This document shows, piece by piece, positions 51,421 to 51,740 of a stretch of 51,740 bases of DNA. Numbering within the stretch: position 1 is the stretch's first letter; each line of letters opens with the position of its first letter. The position numbers and the translations under genes are program-made. The stretch lies in NCBI RefSeq assembly GCF_001194135.2, contig NC_068984.1, positions 83,258,868 through 83,310,607 on the forward strand, written 5' to 3'. The notes beneath the pieces were generated by a model that was not told the DNA's origin, made no database searches, and saw nothing but the letters and a program-made list of their open reading frames with translations. This DNA comes from Octopus bimaculoides. Taxonomy: Eukaryota.

Positions 51421-51740
51421 AGATGCACTACGTTAGAAAACTAAAAACCGGACCGGATGATTCGACGAAGTTATTTATGTTTTTGTTATTGTTCGTCTTG
51501 GCATTGGTGTTGTTGTACGGTCCTCATAGAACGAACCCGTTCCTGTTGAAAAGACTGTGGATGTTGCATTTACTCTTGATAGTACTGTTGTTGTTGTTAC
51601 TTTTGTTTCCCCCCCCCCCATGGTAACACTATTTGAACAGACTTACGGCGATAGAAATTACAGTTGTGATTATCGGGTCCAGCTTTTAGTTTTCTAACAA
51701 AGTGAAGTAGGACAGCCTTATTCAACAAATTTGAGGGAAG

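Overview
AT-rich, microsatellite-saturated eukaryotic (metazoan) genomic DNA from a gapped draft assembly, with about 22 N-gaps totalling roughly 7.5 kb. The interspersed repeats resemble families I recall from Octopus assemblies, so a cephalopod origin is likely (inference, not tested). I can support no host protein-coding exon; almost all listed ORFs are microsatellite or N read-through. The window is a graveyard of mobile elements: four R4/Dong-clade non-LTR fragments, an RTE-clade LINE fragment, two mariner transposase remnants from different subfamilies, a Tc1-like end, hAT- and piggyBac-type MITEs, a perfect foldback element, and over 20 copies of four SINE-like families. The standout is an apparently intact type I hammerhead ribozyme at 2798-2917 (+). 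It has a full catalytic core, an unusually long branched stem II, a self-complementary stem III and a 7-10 bp pseudoknot to the 3' flank, and it sits at the edge of an assembly gap. Several decayed Penelope-type minimal hammerhead motifs, a ~390-bp inverted repeat pair and an IR-DR-DR-IR cassette also deserve follow-up.
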